Shown here: positions 24,906-25,672 of the stretch, piece by piece
How positions within the stretch are numbered: position 1 is the first letter of the stretch
Layout: each line of letters begins with the position of its first letter
Source of the DNA: a virus
Taxonomy: Duplodnaviria > Caudoviricetes
IMG/VR virus record: IMGVR_UViG_3300018080_000546
Span: 1 to 25,672 of that record
DNA: 25,672 nucleotides
Strand: one strand, 5' to 3'
Made by a program: the position numbers and the translations under genes
Notes under the pieces: model-generated
The model's input: the letters and a program-made list of their open reading frames with translations, nothing else
What the model was told of the DNA's origin: nothing
The model's database searches: none

Positions 24906-25394
24906 TCAGTCCAAAAACAACGGGACACCGTTGCCATGTATCTGGATGTGCACGCACCCTCCGGGATTATGCATAGCGGTAAATAGCGCGAATCTGCATG
25001 AAACACCTCGAAGAAAACACCACTCATGCATGGTGCTCACTAAGTGCAGCAGACTCGGCGAGTTGCTCACATATGGCTCGGTAACTAGCATGTATGACTT
25101 GTCCGCCTTGCGGTAGTATAGCTTCCAATGGTCAAACAGTTCGTGTCTCATGGACGGATGAGACGACAAACAGTAATCTTCGTCCAAGACCTCCATGTCG
25201 CCGTCTATCTGTCCGTGCGCTTTTACCACAGCAAACGGTCCGAGTCTATCGTAGCTACTCGGTATTCCCGTGTCGCGATACCCGGCGGCGTGTATCAACT
25301 CCTTCGTCGCATCGCCAGCGTTTTGCGCGTAGTGGTCCGCCCTGGATACCTTTTCGCCAGGCGCGTAGACCTTTCTTCCAATAAGCCTTTCCAT
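24906..25394 (-). CDS. Hypothetical phage protein
   Basis: ATG 25394 with AGGAGG RBS (alternative start 25451); 'LFDHWKLY', 'LVTEPY'. Confidence 0.6.
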   Translation of the reverse strand: MERLIGRKVYAPGEKVSRADHYAQNAGDATKELIHAAGYRDTGIPSSYDRLGPFAVVKAHGQIDGDMEVLDEDYCLSSHPSMRHELFDHWKLYYRKADKSYMLVTEPYVSNSPSLLHLVSTMHEWCFLRGVSCRFALFTAMHNPGGCVHIQIHGNGVPLFLD

Positions 25395-25447
25395 GTGGTC
25401 CCTCCTGTGATTTGTAACAGTATGGTCAAACAGTTGGTGCAATGGTG

Positions 25448-25672
25448 TCATATACGGCCAAGAATAGGTGAATCGCAGCCCGGCAATAGCCCCAGCTGTA
25501 TGCCCCGCCTCTCGGCGCCGTAGCGCTTTGCCAGGTAAGCCCTGACGTGATTTCGGCCCCGTTCGTTCCGCACGAAGCCCGTGCCGTCAACCGACGTAGC
25601 CCCCGCCAGATCACACTGCCATAGTTCGCGCTCGTGGTTGACGCGCCCAACGTGGATCGGCGTGCCGCGCAA
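25448..25672 (-). CDS. C-terminal fragment of a gene entering from outside the window; possibly TGT/DpdA-like fold
   Basis: Frame open to the window edge; 'IHVGRVN...GATSVDGTG'. Confidence 0.45.
   Translation of the reverse strand: MRGTPIHVGRVNHERELWQCDLAGATSVDGTGFVRNERGRNHVRAYLAKRYGAERRGIQLGLLPGCDSPILGRI

Noticed and set aside
3666-25523. Numerous plus-strand ORFs opposite the structural and replication genes (e.g. 8030-8638, 15171-15962, 16462-17007)
   Set aside because: They lie antisense to well-supported, tightly packed minus-strand phage genes and show no recognisable motifs
1-25672. Integrase, att sites, diversity-generating retroelement, tRNA genes
   Set aside because: No recombinase or reverse transcriptase motifs, TR/VR pair or cloverleaf was recognised, so prophage versus free phage cannot be decided from this window

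Overview
This window is a large piece of a tailed (siphovirus-type, HK97-fold) phage or prophage genome. The minus strand (about 3.5-25.7 kb) carries one co-oriented run: SSB, RuvC, terminase small and large subunits, portal, gpF-like minor head protein, prohead protease, major capsid, head-tail joining genes, tail tube, a frameshifted tail chaperone pair, tape measure, tail-tip genes and a lysis cassette (Amidase_3 endolysin plus 3TM holin). At the left end, a back-to-back sigma70 promoter pair drives a pentapeptide-repeat gene leftwards and a plus-strand operon rightwards. That operon encodes a hypothetical protein, a RecT/Bet-like annealing protein and a stand-alone Cas7/Csm3-like RAMP protein. 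Directly after the RAMP gene is a roughly 440-bp non-coding array that is not a CRISPR. It has 14 GCAACGGC-like anchors separated by variable stretches built from 5-nt N-G-H-N-N modules (anchor spacing mostly 5n+1), and it is closed by a hairpin. This RAMP plus 5-nt-periodic array locus is the highlight: a candidate phage-encoded RNA-guided system. No integrase, att site, other cas gene, tRNA or rRNA was seen. Family assignments come from motifs recognised by eye, not from database searches.
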